A DNA stretch of 64,000 bases, from positions 3,610 through 67,609 of the forward strand of contig JACQIA010000066.1 of assembly GCA_016198705.1 (NCBI GenBank), given 5' to 3'. Within the stretch, counting starts at the first letter, position 1, and every line of letters begins with the position of its first letter. The translations under genes were made by a program, and so were the position numbers. A model generated the notes under the pieces. That model was given only the letters and a program-made list of their open reading frames with translations. It was not told the DNA's origin and searched no databases. This document shows, one piece after another, positions 17,758-27,393 of this stretch. Origin of the DNA: Candidatus Aenigmatarchaeota archaeon. GTDB lineage: Archaea > Aenigmatarchaeota > Aenigmatarchaeia > CG10238-14 > SCSR01.

Positions 17758-18456
17758 TTAGGTTGCAAGGACATTAGGAACATTTTGCAAAGAACCGTTT
17801 ACCCATTCATCTATTTCTTGGTCTGTCAGTCCTTTCAATGGCGTTTCTGACCAATAGCTGTTTATAACAACATGAGGATCAATATGGTGTCTTCTTCCAT
17901 TAGGAAAAACGTGCACAGGGACAGCACCGAAACGTCTATGAATCCTAACAGCTTCTTTTGGACTATATGTGAAAAGATTTGGATATTGTTTAAAATTCTC
18001 AATTGCGTATAAAATAGTCTCTATAGTTACTTGACCTCGAATTCTTTGGCTATCGTCATAAGATTCAAATTGGAACAACAACATAGTATCAGGTTCTTTA
18101 GCATCCCCATTGCTTCTAACTTCTTCTGCAGTAGGTGGAATGTTTTTCGGGTCACCATGTGTCTGAAGTTTATATATCTCAAGACCACCTACTATCCCAT
18201 CGGTAGAATCGGAAGTGCCATTAAGCCTTGCAATATATATTGTACCTGGCCGTTCTTGTATATGCCCAACTAATGCAGGCACATCATCATGCGCATATCC
18301 TCCCCATATTTCCCGTCTTCTTCGTACCAAATATCCCATTTCCTGTTCCGAAAGCAATGTTGGACTTACTAATGCTGTAATATTGAGTACCCTTTTCTCT
18401 TGAGGAATAAAAAGTCGCGATGATGGTGCGTATAATTGATTTGATACAGTCACCAT
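17758..18456 (-). CDS. hypothetical protein (232 aa), compositionally atypical
   Basis: Intact ORF, GC-richer, CGN codons, adjacent to a tRNA gene. No confident motif; weak GNAT-like impression only. Confidence 0.35.
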   Translation of the reverse strand: MVTVSNQLYAPSSRLFIPQEKRVLNITALVSPTLLSEQEMGYLVRRRREIWGGYAHDDVPALVGHIQERPGTIYIARLNGTSDSTDGIVGGLEIYKLQTHGDPKNIPPTAEEVRSNGDAKEPDTMLLFQFESYDDSQRIRGQVTIETILYAIENFKQYPNLFTYSPKEAVRIHRRFGAVPVHVFPNGRRHHIDPHVVINSYWSETPLKGLTDQEIDEWVNGSLQNVPNVLAT

Positions 18457-18540
18457 AAAATCATTATCCTATTTATTGTAATTAAGGCTTAAATAATTAA
18501 TGTGTAGAAACAAGTCTTTTAGCAAACTTTAAATATAGAA

Positions 18541-19083
18541 ATGTTCGAGCAGATAACTATGGAAGATGAAATGAAAGAAGAAACCAAAGAAGCCCAAAAT
18601 ATTGAAAATAAAATTCTAGATACGTCTAAAGATACCAATACCGAAGAAATATTGCCTAAAGAAATAGAAGAGAAAGTTGAAGCAAATTTAACAACAGAAG
18701 AGGATGAGGAAAACAAAAAGAAAAATAAAAATGAAGAGGAGTCAAAAGAAACCAAACAGCATAATTCTTATTCCATATCTCCAATAGACGCGCAAGTATT
18801 GTATGAAGCATATAAAAACCGTCATTCATCGTCTTACCAAAATGTGGAGGTAGTTCTTTATTCTTATCAAGTGCCGTGGTTCGCTACTGCTATGACTGAT
18901 GGCAATAAAATTTGGTTTGGCCCGAGGATGGAATTTTACGATCCGCACACAAATGACAGATTGTATCATGAGTTGAGCCACTGGAGAATTGCTACTCCAT
19001 ACGGAACTGAATTGGATGTAGAAACTATGGCGCAGTTGCAATTACCAAGAAATAACAGTGTTAGTATTTCATACAAACTTTAA
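18541..19083 (+). CDS. hypothetical protein with acidic low-complexity N-terminus and HExxH (YHELSHW) zincin-like motif
   Basis: N-terminal E/K/D-rich about 70 aa. C-terminal region contains HELSH, a minimal HExxH metal-binding motif (SprT/WLM-like impression). Confidence 0.35.
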   Translation: MFEQITMEDEMKEETKEAQNIENKILDTSKDTNTEEILPKEIEEKVEANLTTEEDEENKKKNKNEEESKETKQHNSYSISPIDAQVLYEAYKNRHSSSYQNVEVVLYSYQVPWFATAMTDGNKIWFGPRMEFYDPHTNDRLYHELSHWRIATPYGTELDVETMAQLQLPRNNSVSISYKL

Positions 19084-19592
19084 GTAACTTCACTCTCTCT
19101 TTTAATCCAATAAACATCTTCCTTGCTCCTTGACGGTCCAGTGGATTTCTCATCCTTTACTTCGGGCATTGGTACTTCTTTTTTGGGCATCTCAACATGC
19201 ACCGCTTTGATTTTATTCGCCACGTCATTCAATTCCTGTTCTGTAGTTTGCATAGGCTGGTTTTCAACCAAAGGAATTTCCTTTTCATAGACAGGATATA
19301 CTCTTATGTGGAAATGTGGAACTTCTTGAGATGGGATAATGGAAAAATCAACTGTTAGAGGGTTCAAGGCTTTTTTAATCATCTTGCCAACAATTTGTGC
19401 CGCCTGAAATACTGTTGTGGAGCTTTCTAAATTTTCATCGAACTCTATGTAATGCTGTTTTGGTGCTATTATGGTCATGCCTGCTGAACGAGGCGCTATA
19501 TCTAAGAAAGCTATAGAATTCAGATCCTCATAGACAACAAAAGCTTTAATTTTCTTGTTTACAATATCGCAAAAAACGCATTTTTCTGGCAT
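19080..19592 (-). CDS. HIT-family hydrolase with C-terminal extension
   Basis: CVFCDIV...YEDLNSIAFLDIAPRSAGMTIIAPKQH and HFHIRVYP (HxHxR variant of the histidine triad). Confidence 0.65.
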   Translation of the reverse strand: MPEKCVFCDIVNKKIKAFVVYEDLNSIAFLDIAPRSAGMTIIAPKQHYIEFDENLESSTTVFQAAQIVGKMIKKALNPLTVDFSIIPSQEVPHFHIRVYPVYEKEIPLVENQPMQTTEQELNDVANKIKAVHVEMPKKEVPMPEVKDEKSTGPSRSKEDVYWIKRESEVT

Positions 19593-19704
19593 ACGAATAA
19601 TTTAACTTAGAATGTTTATATTACCCTTCGGCAATACTAAGATTAATTTTAAACCTTTTTAACTATTCTTATCTAAAAATTATAATCCAAAATAAGGCGA
19701 TTTC

Positions 19705-20679
19705 ATGCCACAAGTCAGAAGACCAAGACGAGGAAGTCTGCAATTCCATCCAAGGGTTAGATCTAAAAGAATGTATCCTACAATTACAACATATCCGATT
19801 ACAGACAAACCCAAAGCTCTGGCATTCGCCGGCTACAAATCAGGAATGCTTCATGCAATGATTTCAGATAACAATAAAAACTCTCCCACTTTTGGGCAAG
19901 AAATTTCAGTTCCAGTAACAGTTTTGGATTGCCCTCCTTTGAAGGTAATCGGGATTAGGGCATATAAAAATTCGTACAATGGTTTGAGCGCTTTAAAAGA
20001 AGCTATAGCAAAAGATTTGCCTAAAAACTTGTCTAGAAAAATCAATATTGGCGAATTTAAAACAGAGGAAAACTTATCAGCCATAGAAAAGAATTTGGAT
20101 AAAGTATCCAACTTGCGCTTAATTGTTTCCACCCAACCAAAGCTTTCTGGCATAGGCAAAAAAACTCCTGAAATATTCGAGATAGAAATTGGCGGGGCAA
20201 ATGCAGGCGAAAAATTAACTTTTGCTAAACAAGTGCTTGGTAAAGAAATCAAGCCTAGTGATGTGGTCAAAGAAGGCGAATTGGTTGATACTGTAGCCAT
20301 TACTAAAGGCAAGGGAACAGTAGGACCTGTTAAAAGATACGGCGTTAAAATACAAAACAGGCATGCAAAACAAAAACGTAGACATGTAGGGGCAATAGCA
20401 GCACAAACACCAGGGAGGGTTTTATGGACATCTCCAATGGCAGGGCAGTTTGGATTGTTTACAAGAACTGAATTAAACAAAAGGATATTGAAGATTGGAG
20501 ATGGGGTAGAAATCAATCCTAAATCCGGATTTACACGATATGGCATTATCAAAAGTAATTATATTTTAGTACAAGGCTCTGTACCTGGCGCTAAGAAAAG
20601 ATTGGTATTGTTAAGGCCTGCTATCAGACCATCCAAAATTAAATTGTTAGTTCCTGAAATTAAACAGGTAGTGAAGTGA
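19705..20679 (+). CDS. rpl3: 50S ribosomal protein L3 (uL3)
   Basis: MPQVRRPRRGSLQFHPRVRSKR start and 324 aa length typical of archaeal uL3. Confidence 0.9.
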   Translation: MPQVRRPRRGSLQFHPRVRSKRMYPTITTYPITDKPKALAFAGYKSGMLHAMISDNNKNSPTFGQEISVPVTVLDCPPLKVIGIRAYKNSYNGLSALKEAIAKDLPKNLSRKINIGEFKTEENLSAIEKNLDKVSNLRLIVSTQPKLSGIGKKTPEIFEIEIGGANAGEKLTFAKQVLGKEIKPSDVVKEGELVDTVAITKGKGTVGPVKRYGVKIQNRHAKQKRRHVGAIAAQTPGRVLWTSPMAGQFGLFTRTELNKRILKIGDGVEINPKSGFTRYGIIKSNYILVQGSVPGAKKRLVLLRPAIRPSKIKLLVPEIKQVVK

Positions 20680-20680
20680 T

Positions 20681-20920
20681 ATGACTTTAGCTCATGTATT
20701 TTCACCATATAATCTGAGTAGGAGATATGATCGAACCTATACATTTAGACTAATAAAAGAGAAAGCTGTTTATCTAGTGCCGCCAGAAGAGGTTGATAGA
20801 ATAATACTACCGCCTATTCTAGGATTCTATGATACCGATTTTGCTATAATTTTTAGTCCGGAAGGATACACAGAATTTTTAAATCGATTAGACAAACATG
20901 GTAAGAGAATTGTGGGATAA
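20681..20920 (+). CDS. hypothetical small protein (79 aa) inserted between rpl3 and rpl4
   Basis: ATG 1 nt after the rpl3 TGA (...gtgaagTGAtATGact). Intact ORF, no known motif. Confidence 0.4.
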   Translation: MTLAHVFSPYNLSRRYDRTYTFRLIKEKAVYLVPPEEVDRIILPPILGFYDTDFAIIFSPEGYTEFLNRLDKHGKRIVG

Positions 20921-20967
20921 GTGTGTTTTAGTATGTTTAACTTAAAAGGAAAATTAAATAAATAAAA

Positions 20968-21423
20968 ATGATTTTTATGACAACTGTTGCAAAACGCGAA
21001 AGAGAATTGTTCGGAGAAATAGATCAATTGGTTATTGATTTATGCAGCTTACGCCCTGTGCTGAATAAAGATTCAGCTATTAGCATTGCCGGACAAATAA
21101 AAAGAGCTCATAAAGCAGGAGTTGGTAGTGGGGCTTACATAGAAACTCTAACAATGGGGGTTATTTTAGTCAATTACGCATTCGAACATATGCAAATTAC
21201 TGCCGACGATGTAAATAAATTAATTGGAGTTAGCATTCGTAGATTTAATTCTTTAGGGCCATATGGCTGTGGGGTATTAATTACTGCTGATAATTATGAT
21301 GGACGCCAGCGTAGATTTCCTACTTATGAGTTAGCCAATACAGAACTCGGGAAAAAATATATTGATATAGCATCAAGATTAATACCTAAATTAAAATCAT
21401 TAGATAGTTTGAGAGTTGCTTAA
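20968..21423 (+). CDS. hypothetical protein (151 aa) inserted between rpl3 and rpl4
   Basis: Intact ORF with CGN codons. Its end overlaps the rpl4 start. No known motif. Confidence 0.4.
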   Translation: MIFMTTVAKRERELFGEIDQLVIDLCSLRPVLNKDSAISIAGQIKRAHKAGVGSGAYIETLTMGVILVNYAFEHMQITADDVNKLIGVSIRRFNSLGPYGCGVLITADNYDGRQRRFPTYELANTELGKKYIDIASRLIPKLKSLDSLRVA

Positions 21424-22228
21424 TATGCAAGCTAGTGTTTTAGATTTAAACGGCAAACCTGTAGAACAAATAGAATTACCCAAAATTTTTTCCGAACCAA
21501 TAAGGGAAGATTTAATTTTGCGCGCAGTATTATCATCACAAAGCAGAAGAAGACAGCCGTATGGAACTAGCCCCTTGGCAGGCAAAAGAACAGCTGCAGG
21601 CTTTCATGGTGGGAGACCTGGCAGAACTGGTGCACATAGATGGGCAATGGTAGGAAGGGAGATGGCCCGATTGCCTAGATTGCATGGCAAGACTGTTCCT
21701 TGGCTGACATTTAGAGCTAGGTTTGTCCCACAGGCAGTCAAAGGAAGAGAAGCATTTCCTCCGCTAGTTGAAAGGGTATGGGAACAAAAAATTAACCATA
21801 AAGAAAGGAAGAAAGCAATAATGTCAGCTATCTCTGCTACAGCAATTAAAGAATTGGTTGTCAAACGCGGGCATAAAGTGGAAAAATTGAAGTTGCCTTT
21901 AGTGGTTGAAGATAAAGTGCAAAGCATCTCTAAAACCAAAGATTTGGTGGAATTTTTGGAAAAAATCGGATTACAAGGCGAGTTGCAGAGGATAAAAGAA
22001 AAGAAAATCAGGGCTGGCAAAGGCAAATCTAGGGGCAGACGCTATAAAAAGAAAACAGGGATTTTATTTATTATAACTGAAGATAAAGGTATAAGCAAAT
22101 CTGTGAAAAACTTGACCGGATGTAATGTCTGCAGAGTGGAAAATCTTTCTACAGAGTATCTTGCACCTGGTGCTAGTCTAGGGAGATTGACAATTTTTAC
22201 CAAATCAGCTATAGAGAAGTTGAAGTGA
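21416..22228 (+). CDS. rpl4: 50S ribosomal protein L4 (uL4)
   Basis: 270 aa with [30 protein letters not shown] region typical of archaeal uL4. Confidence 0.85.
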   Translation: MLNMQASVLDLNGKPVEQIELPKIFSEPIREDLILRAVLSSQSRRRQPYGTSPLAGKRTAAGFHGGRPGRTGAHRWAMVGREMARLPRLHGKTVPWLTFRARFVPQAVKGREAFPPLVERVWEQKINHKERKKAIMSAISATAIKELVVKRGHKVEKLKLPLVVEDKVQSISKTKDLVEFLEKIGLQGELQRIKEKKIRAGKGKSRGRRYKKKTGILFIITEDKGISKSVKNLTGCNVCRVENLSTEYLAPGASLGRLTIFTKSAIEKLK

Positions 22229-22494
22229 TAAAGATGGATCCCCATAAAATATTGAATTATCCGCATATGACAGAAAAGTCTGTGTCGTTGATCGAGAGAG
22301 AGAACAAGATTACATTTATAGTAAACATGAAAGCAGACAAAAAACAGATAAAAGAAGCTGTGGAAAAGGTGTTTGAAGTCAAAGTTGATAAAGTGAATAC
22401 ATTGATTACTGCTAGTGGCCAGAAAAAGGCTTTTGTAAAACTGAGGCCAGAATTCAAAGCTATAGATGTAGCAGTTAAGTTAGGAATAGTGTGA
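22225..22494 (+). CDS. rpl23: 50S ribosomal protein L23 (uL23)
   Basis: 89 aa with [25 protein letters not shown] and KKAFVKL typical of uL23. Overlaps the rpl4 stop. Confidence 0.85.
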   Translation: MIKMDPHKILNYPHMTEKSVSLIERENKITFIVNMKADKKQIKEAVEKVFEVKVDKVNTLITASGQKKAFVKLRPEFKAIDVAVKLGIV

Positions 22495-22497
22495 TTT

Positions 22498-23202
22498 ATG
22501 GGTAAACGAATAATTCCACGAGCAAGAGGCAAGGGAAGCCAGAGATACAGATCTCCAAGCCATAGATTTCTGGGCAAGGTAGAATATTTTCCTTTTGGCA
22601 ATATGGCTGGAAAGGTTATGGATATACAGCACGATCCTGGAAGGTCAGCACCAGTTGCAATTATAAAAACTCAAGATGGAAAAGAAATTCTGCATATAGC
22701 CCCAGAAGGTTTGAGAGTTGGGGATATTGTTAACTATGAAGGCGAGGTTACAGTTGGCAATGTCTTAGGATTGGGAAAGATTCCAGAAGGAACAAAAGTA
22801 TTCGGCGTAGAAACATATCCAGGCTCAGGTCCAAAATTATGCAGAAGCAGCGGTGTCTTTGCTCAAGTGATTGGCAGGTCTGGTAGCAATATTTTAATCC
22901 AATTCACATCAGGAGCTGTGAAGGAAATAGATGCACGATGCAGAGCGACTATAGGAATACCAGCTGGCGGGGGCAGGGTGGAGAAGCCTTGGGTAAAAGT
23001 TGGCAAAAAGTGGCATGCATTGCATGCAAGAAGCAAGATATATCCACGAGCTGCTGGAGTGACGATGAATCCTGTAGACCATCCTTACGGAGGCAAGAGC
23101 CACAGACCCAGGCCATCAAGAACTGTATCGAGAAACGCCCCGCCTGGAGCAAAAGTTGGAAGCATATCAGCAAAAAGAGTTGGAAAGAGAAAGGGAAGCT
23201 AA
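22498..23202 (+). CDS. rpl2: 50S ribosomal protein L2 (uL2)
   Basis: MGKRIIPRARGKGSQRYRSPSHRF and NPVDHPYGGKSHRPRPSRTVSRNAPPG typical of uL2. Confidence 0.9.
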   Translation: MGKRIIPRARGKGSQRYRSPSHRFLGKVEYFPFGNMAGKVMDIQHDPGRSAPVAIIKTQDGKEILHIAPEGLRVGDIVNYEGEVTVGNVLGLGKIPEGTKVFGVETYPGSGPKLCRSSGVFAQVIGRSGSNILIQFTSGAVKEIDARCRATIGIPAGGGRVEKPWVKVGKKWHALHARSKIYPRAAGVTMNPVDHPYGGKSHRPRPSRTVSRNAPPGAKVGSISAKRVGKRKGS

Positions 23203-23233
23203 TTTTATATCTATGAGATAATTAAGTGATTGT

Positions 23234-23641
23234 ATGGTAAAAGAATTCCATTTCCGGGGAAAGAATCTAGAAGAACTTAAGAAGATGTCTATTGACGAGG
23301 TTGCCAAGTTATTCCCATCTAGAGCCAGAAGAAGTTTGAGAAGAGGATTTACAGAACAGCATAAAAAACTTTTAGAGGGTATAAGAAAAAATCCAGATAA
23401 ATTCCATAAAACGCATGTAAGGGATATGATAATTTTGCCTGAGATGAGTGGTGCCAAGCTGGGCATTTATAAAGGAGGAGCCAAGGCCGGTGATAGCAGC
23501 AAGTGGGTTAATGTTGTTATTACTCCTCAGATGATTGGACATAGGATTGGGGAATACAGCATACCTATAGGAAGAGTGAAACATTCAGCTCCTGGAATTG
23601 GTGCTTCTAAGGGCAGTAAGCATATCGCCACTAAAACGTAA
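23234..23641 (+). CDS. rps19: 30S ribosomal protein S19 (uS19)
   Basis: FHFRGKNLEEL...GHRIGEYSIPIG; GHR(L/I)GE motif typical of uS19. Confidence 0.85.
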   Translation: MVKEFHFRGKNLEELKKMSIDEVAKLFPSRARRSLRRGFTEQHKKLLEGIRKNPDKFHKTHVRDMIILPEMSGAKLGIYKGGAKAGDSSKWVNVVITPQMIGHRIGEYSIPIGRVKHSAPGIGASKGSKHIATKT

Positions 23642-23645
23642 GTTA

Positions 23646-24011
23646 ATGATTTTTATGCAAGCCTCATCAAAACTAACAGATGCGAAAATATCTTTTAAAA
23701 GTTCACTTGTTTTATCAGGCGAATTAAAAGGCTTGAAAGCAGATAAGGCTGAACAATTTCTCAATAATTTGCTAGATCAAAAAGTCAGCATAGAGGGCAA
23801 ATATTATCCCAATGTCACGAAAGTTTACCTGGAAGTCTTGAAATCAGCTGAAGCCAATGCCAGGCAGAAGAATTTGGATACAGAAAAATTATTTGTTAAA
23901 ATTGCTAAGGCAGACAAGGCAAGGAAATTCGTCAGGCCTAAATCAAGGTTTAAGTTTAGAGGAAGGGAAGGCAAAGCTACTAATGTAGAAATTGTGCTGG
24001 AAGAACGATAA
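23646..24011 (+). CDS. rpl22: 50S ribosomal protein L22 (uL22)
   Basis: In-frame ATG at 23646 just after the rps19 stop. KISFKSSLVLSGELKGLKADKAEQFLNNLLD...GREGKATNVEIVLEE typical of uL22. Confidence 0.8.
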   Translation: MIFMQASSKLTDAKISFKSSLVLSGELKGLKADKAEQFLNNLLDQKVSIEGKYYPNVTKVYLEVLKSAEANARQKNLDTEKLFVKIAKADKARKFVRPKSRFKFRGREGKATNVEIVLEER

Positions 24012-24049
24012 CAATAGACTTTATACAATCTCGGGTTCAATTTTTATAT

Positions 24050-24877
24050 ATGTTCAGAAAATACGGCTTCCTTGGTATTTTGCTAATAGTTTTTGTTGAA
24101 ATAAATTTCTTTTTAAAAATCCAACCATTTGCAAACTGGTATTTTCCAATCATTTGGTTTGGGTATATTTTGACAATTGATGCTCTGGTTTACAAGCTCA
24201 GAGGCAATTCTTTGATAAGCAACAGATTTTCTCAATTTTTAGGTATGGTTATAATCTCTATGCTTTTCTGGTGGATTTTTGAATTTATGAATATATCAGT
24301 GCAAAACTGGAGATATTTGGGTCTTGAAGGCCTTGGTATTTGGAAAGATTTATTTGGCTCCATCTCATTTTCAACTGTGCTGCCTGCATTATTTGAAACT
24401 GTTGAACTAATAAGGGCTATACATCTTTTCGATAAAAGGAAGTTGCATAAAAAATATAAGATTACAAAAGGGTTTTTGCATTCTATGATGTTTCTTGGTG
24501 TTATTTCTTTTACCGCCCCTATATTTTTTCCAACATTTACATTTCCATTAATTTGGATAAGCTTATTCTTAATCCTTGATCCGATAAATTATCTTCATAA
24601 GCAGCCGAGTATCATTGGACATTTAAAAAATGGAAACCTAACAATCCCATTGTCTTTGTTGTTCGCAGGTATCATTTTAGGCTTTCTGTGGGAATTTTGG
24701 AATTATTGGGCAATACCCAAATGGACTTACGATATACCATTCATAGGATTTTTCAAGATTTTTGAAATGCCAATTCTAGGGTATCTAGGCTATTTCCCCT
24801 TTTCATTTGAACTGTATGCTATGTATTGGTTTGCCAGAAGTTTGTTTATTCATAAAGAGCATTTATTGGCTGATTAA
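24050..24877 (+). CDS. polytopic membrane protein (275 aa), Trp/Phe-rich, unknown family
   Basis: About 8 hydrophobic segments. Inserted between rpl22 and rps3. Confidence 0.4.
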   Translation: MFRKYGFLGILLIVFVEINFFLKIQPFANWYFPIIWFGYILTIDALVYKLRGNSLISNRFSQFLGMVIISMLFWWIFEFMNISVQNWRYLGLEGLGIWKDLFGSISFSTVLPALFETVELIRAIHLFDKRKLHKKYKITKGFLHSMMFLGVISFTAPIFFPTFTFPLIWISLFLILDPINYLHKQPSIIGHLKNGNLTIPLSLLFAGIILGFLWEFWNYWAIPKWTYDIPFIGFFKIFEMPILGYLGYFPFSFELYAMYWFARSLFIHKEHLLAD

Positions 24878-24889
24878 TTATAGAGTCTG

Positions 24890-25198
24890 CTAATGACTTT
24901 TTTGTCTTACAACCCAGCGACGAAAAGGTTCATGATCACCAGGCAATCCTATTCCATATTCATCACCAGGCTTTAACTCCATTTCTTCACCCTCTGTTAA
25001 CTTATACCATTCAGATACTCCTCGATAATGCATGTCTAAGTAGAATACCGGTAATTTGTCTTGTACGGCCCTTATTGAAAGATGATGTTTTCTAGTATTC
25101 GGGAAAATAGCCAAAACGCCTGGGTTATCATCACCATAAATTATACCAGATTCCTGAGAATTGTGAATTCTATCAGTAATGTATATTTTTCCTACCAT
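24890..25198 (-). CDS. hypothetical small protein (102 aa), possibly cupin-like
   Basis: Intact ORF convergent with the membrane-protein gene. Weak cupin-like beta pattern only. Confidence 0.3.
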   Translation of the reverse strand: MVGKIYITDRIHNSQESGIIYGDDNPGVLAIFPNTRKHHLSIRAVQDKLPVFYLDMHYRGVSEWYKLTEGEEMELKPGDEYGIGLPGDHEPFRRWVVRQKSH

Positions 25199-25301
25199 AC
25201 TTACTATTCTTCTGGAGATTTATTATATAAATTTGTTTTATGTACATACTCTTGAGTATTAACCAAAACCTTAAAAATGGATCCTCCTAATAATTGAATC
25301 T

Positions 25302-25910
25302 ATGGCAATTGAAAGGTTGTTCGTGAAAGAGGGAATAAAGGAATCTGAAGTAGAGGAATATTTGAGAAACAAGTTCGAGAGAGCCGGCTACAGCCATACT
25401 TTAATAGAAAGAACGCCGTTGGGCACCAGGATAATAATTTTTGCTCAGAAGCCCGGGTTGGTTATAGGCAGAAGCGGAAGAAGGATTAATGACATAGCGG
25501 AAGAAATAAAAGCAAAGTTTGGATTTGAAAATCCTTTGGTTGATGTCAAGGAAGTTGACAACCCATTCATGGACGCAAACATCATTGCTAACAGAATTGC
25601 TAGGGCTATAGAAAAGGGGATTAATTTCAAAAAGGTCGCCAATTACTATCTTGAAAAAGTTACCGAAGCGGGGGCTATCGGCATCTCAATACACGTTGGA
25701 GGCAAGCTTGCAGGCAGTGAAAGGAGCAGATTTCAGAAATTCAAAAGAGGCTTTGTTGCATTTTCAGGCGAGTATGCAGATAGGCTTGTGGATAAAGGTA
25801 ATGCGCGGGGTAAAATCAAACCAGGCGTAGTCGGGATTAAAGTTTTTATAATGAGGGAAATGCCGAAAGAAGTCGAATTGAAGGAAGATGCCGAAGAAGC
25901 GAAGAAGTAA
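25302..25910 (+). CDS. rps3: 30S ribosomal protein S3 (uS3)
   Basis: KH-domain segment PGLVIGRSGRRINDIAEEIKAKFG and 202 aa length typical of archaeal uS3. Confidence 0.9.
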   Translation: MAIERLFVKEGIKESEVEEYLRNKFERAGYSHTLIERTPLGTRIIIFAQKPGLVIGRSGRRINDIAEEIKAKFGFENPLVDVKEVDNPFMDANIIANRIARAIEKGINFKKVANYYLEKVTEAGAIGISIHVGGKLAGSERSRFQKFKRGFVAFSGEYADRLVDKGNARGKIKPGVVGIKVFIMREMPKEVELKEDAEEAKK

Positions 25911-25955
25911 ACGATAGGTTTTTATATTTTAAACTATGATAAAGGTTTAGAGCAA

Positions 25956-26171
25956 ATGGCAATTCTTAAGGTAAAACAAATTCGGGAAACTGCGCAAGAT
26001 GGTTTAAGTAAAAAATTATCTGAACTAAAGCTAGAGCTTCTTAAGGAACAAGGGAATGTGAAGATGGGGAGACCCATTAAAAATCCTGGTAAAATTAGAG
26101 TTTTGAAGAGGACGATCGCTAGAGTAGCTACAATACAACAAGAAAGAAAATTGAAAGAGGTAAAGAAGTAA
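25956..26171 (+). CDS. rpl29: 50S ribosomal protein L29 (uL29)
   Basis: 71 aa helical KIRETAQDGLSKKLSELKLELLKEQG typical of uL29. Confidence 0.85.
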   Translation: MAILKVKQIRETAQDGLSKKLSELKLELLKEQGNVKMGRPIKNPGKIRVLKRTIARVATIQQERKLKEVKK

Positions 26172-26173
26172 CA

Positions 26174-26509
26174 ATGGCTGAAGTTTGCCCTAAATGCAGA
26201 AGTCCAATGATGGCAAATGTCTGCTCACGCTGCGGTTTGCCTTCTGATATCTGCGCATGCGTAGCTATAGGCCAAGCTGAACATAAGATAAGAGTTTTTC
26301 TTGAGGTCAGAAAGTTTAGAAAACCTATAACCATTGTAGAAGGGATAACGGACAATGCAAAGAATATAGCCAAACAGTTGAAGTCAAAGCTTGCATGCGG
26401 CGGAACTTACAAAGACAACCACATAGAGCTTCAGGGAGATCATCAGAACAGGATAAAAGAGATATTGGTGAAACTGGGCTATTCTGCAGACCAGATTGAA
26501 GTCAGTTGA
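26174..26509 (+). CDS. translation initiation factor SUI1 (aIF1) with N-terminal zinc ribbon
   Basis: CPKCRS...CSRCG ribbon followed by a SUI1 fold segment (KIRVFLEVRKFRKPITIVEGI...ACGGTYKDNHIELQGDH). Confidence 0.8.
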   Translation: MAEVCPKCRSPMMANVCSRCGLPSDICACVAIGQAEHKIRVFLEVRKFRKPITIVEGITDNAKNIAKQLKSKLACGGTYKDNHIELQGDHQNRIKEILVKLGYSADQIEVS

Positions 26510-26525
26510 TTAAGCACCGTTAAGT

Positions 26526-26936
26526 ATGAAGAAAAAAATGCCAAAAACAGAAGAGGAATGGAAGACGTGTCTTGCTCCTGAAGCGTTTAGCATACTAAGG
26601 AAAAAGGGAACTGAAATACCGTTTACTGGGAAATATGTGAATAATAAGAAGAAAGGGGTGTATGTTTGTGCTGGGTGCGGGAATAGACTGTTTTCTTCTG
26701 ACACAAAATATGAGTCTGGCACGGGTTGGCCGAGTTTTTGGGCTCCGGCTTCTAAAAATGGCATAGAAATGAAGCCAGATAATAGTTTGTTGATGCATCG
26801 GACTGAAATTTTGTGCATGAAATGCAAGGGACACTTGGGGCATGTTTTTGACGATGGTCCTAAACCAACAGGAAAAAGGTTTTGCATAAATTCAGCAGCA
26901 TTACATTTTAAAGAGAAAAAGAAATCTGTTGGATGA
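26526..26936 (+). CDS. msrB: peptide-methionine (R)-S-oxide reductase MsrB
   Basis: CAGCGNRLF...GWPSF...[16 protein letters not shown]; two CxxC pairs and the RC(G)xH(L)GHVF catalytic motif. Confidence 0.85.
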   Translation: MKKKMPKTEEEWKTCLAPEAFSILRKKGTEIPFTGKYVNNKKKGVYVCAGCGNRLFSSDTKYESGTGWPSFWAPASKNGIEMKPDNSLLMHRTEILCMKCKGHLGHVFDDGPKPTGKRFCINSAALHFKEKKKSVG

Positions 26937-26997
26937 TTACAAAGTTTTTATTCATATAATATGCTATTTTAGAATATTATACAAGTTTGTGTTACAT

Positions 26998-27282
26998 ATG
27001 CCAATAACACCTCAAAATCTAGTTCGACATGAATTGATTTCCTTACCTGTCAAAATATCAAAATCAACAGACTTGACACAAAAAGGATTATCAGGTAAAG
27101 TAATAGACGAGACATACAACACAATAAAAATAGAAGCAAAAGATGGCAAGGAAAAGACTGTAATAAAAGGAAATTGTGTTTTTGTATTCACCCTTCCTAA
27201 TAAAACTAAAGTCCAAGTTGACGGCAATCTTCTTGTTTCCCGTCCGGAAGATAGGATAAAGAAGAAATTCCCAAAATGGTGA
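26998..27282 (+). CDS. RNase P protein component 1 (Rpp29/Pop4)
   Basis: LISLPVKISKSTDLTQKGLSGKVIDETYNTIKIE...GNLLVSRPEDR matches the Rpp29 Sm-like fold. Likely start at internal ATG 26998. Confidence 0.7.
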   Translation: MPITPQNLVRHELISLPVKISKSTDLTQKGLSGKVIDETYNTIKIEAKDGKEKTVIKGNCVFVFTLPNKTKVQVDGNLLVSRPEDRIKKKFPKW

Positions 27283-27393
27283 GTTTCTGGTAATTCGGTT
27301 TATCGCAACTCATTATAGATTATAACGAACTTAATTGTTTAGACTTTAATAACAAATGCCAAAATTAAACTTAAAAATTTACATTTTCAATAG

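Noticed and set aside
19080-19592. HIT assignment questioned because the triad reads HFHIR rather than HxHxH
   Set aside because: The N-terminal CVFCDIV...LDIAPRSAG...PKQH region matches the HIT fold well, so the HIT-family call is retained with moderate confidence. The variant third position is noted rather than rejected.
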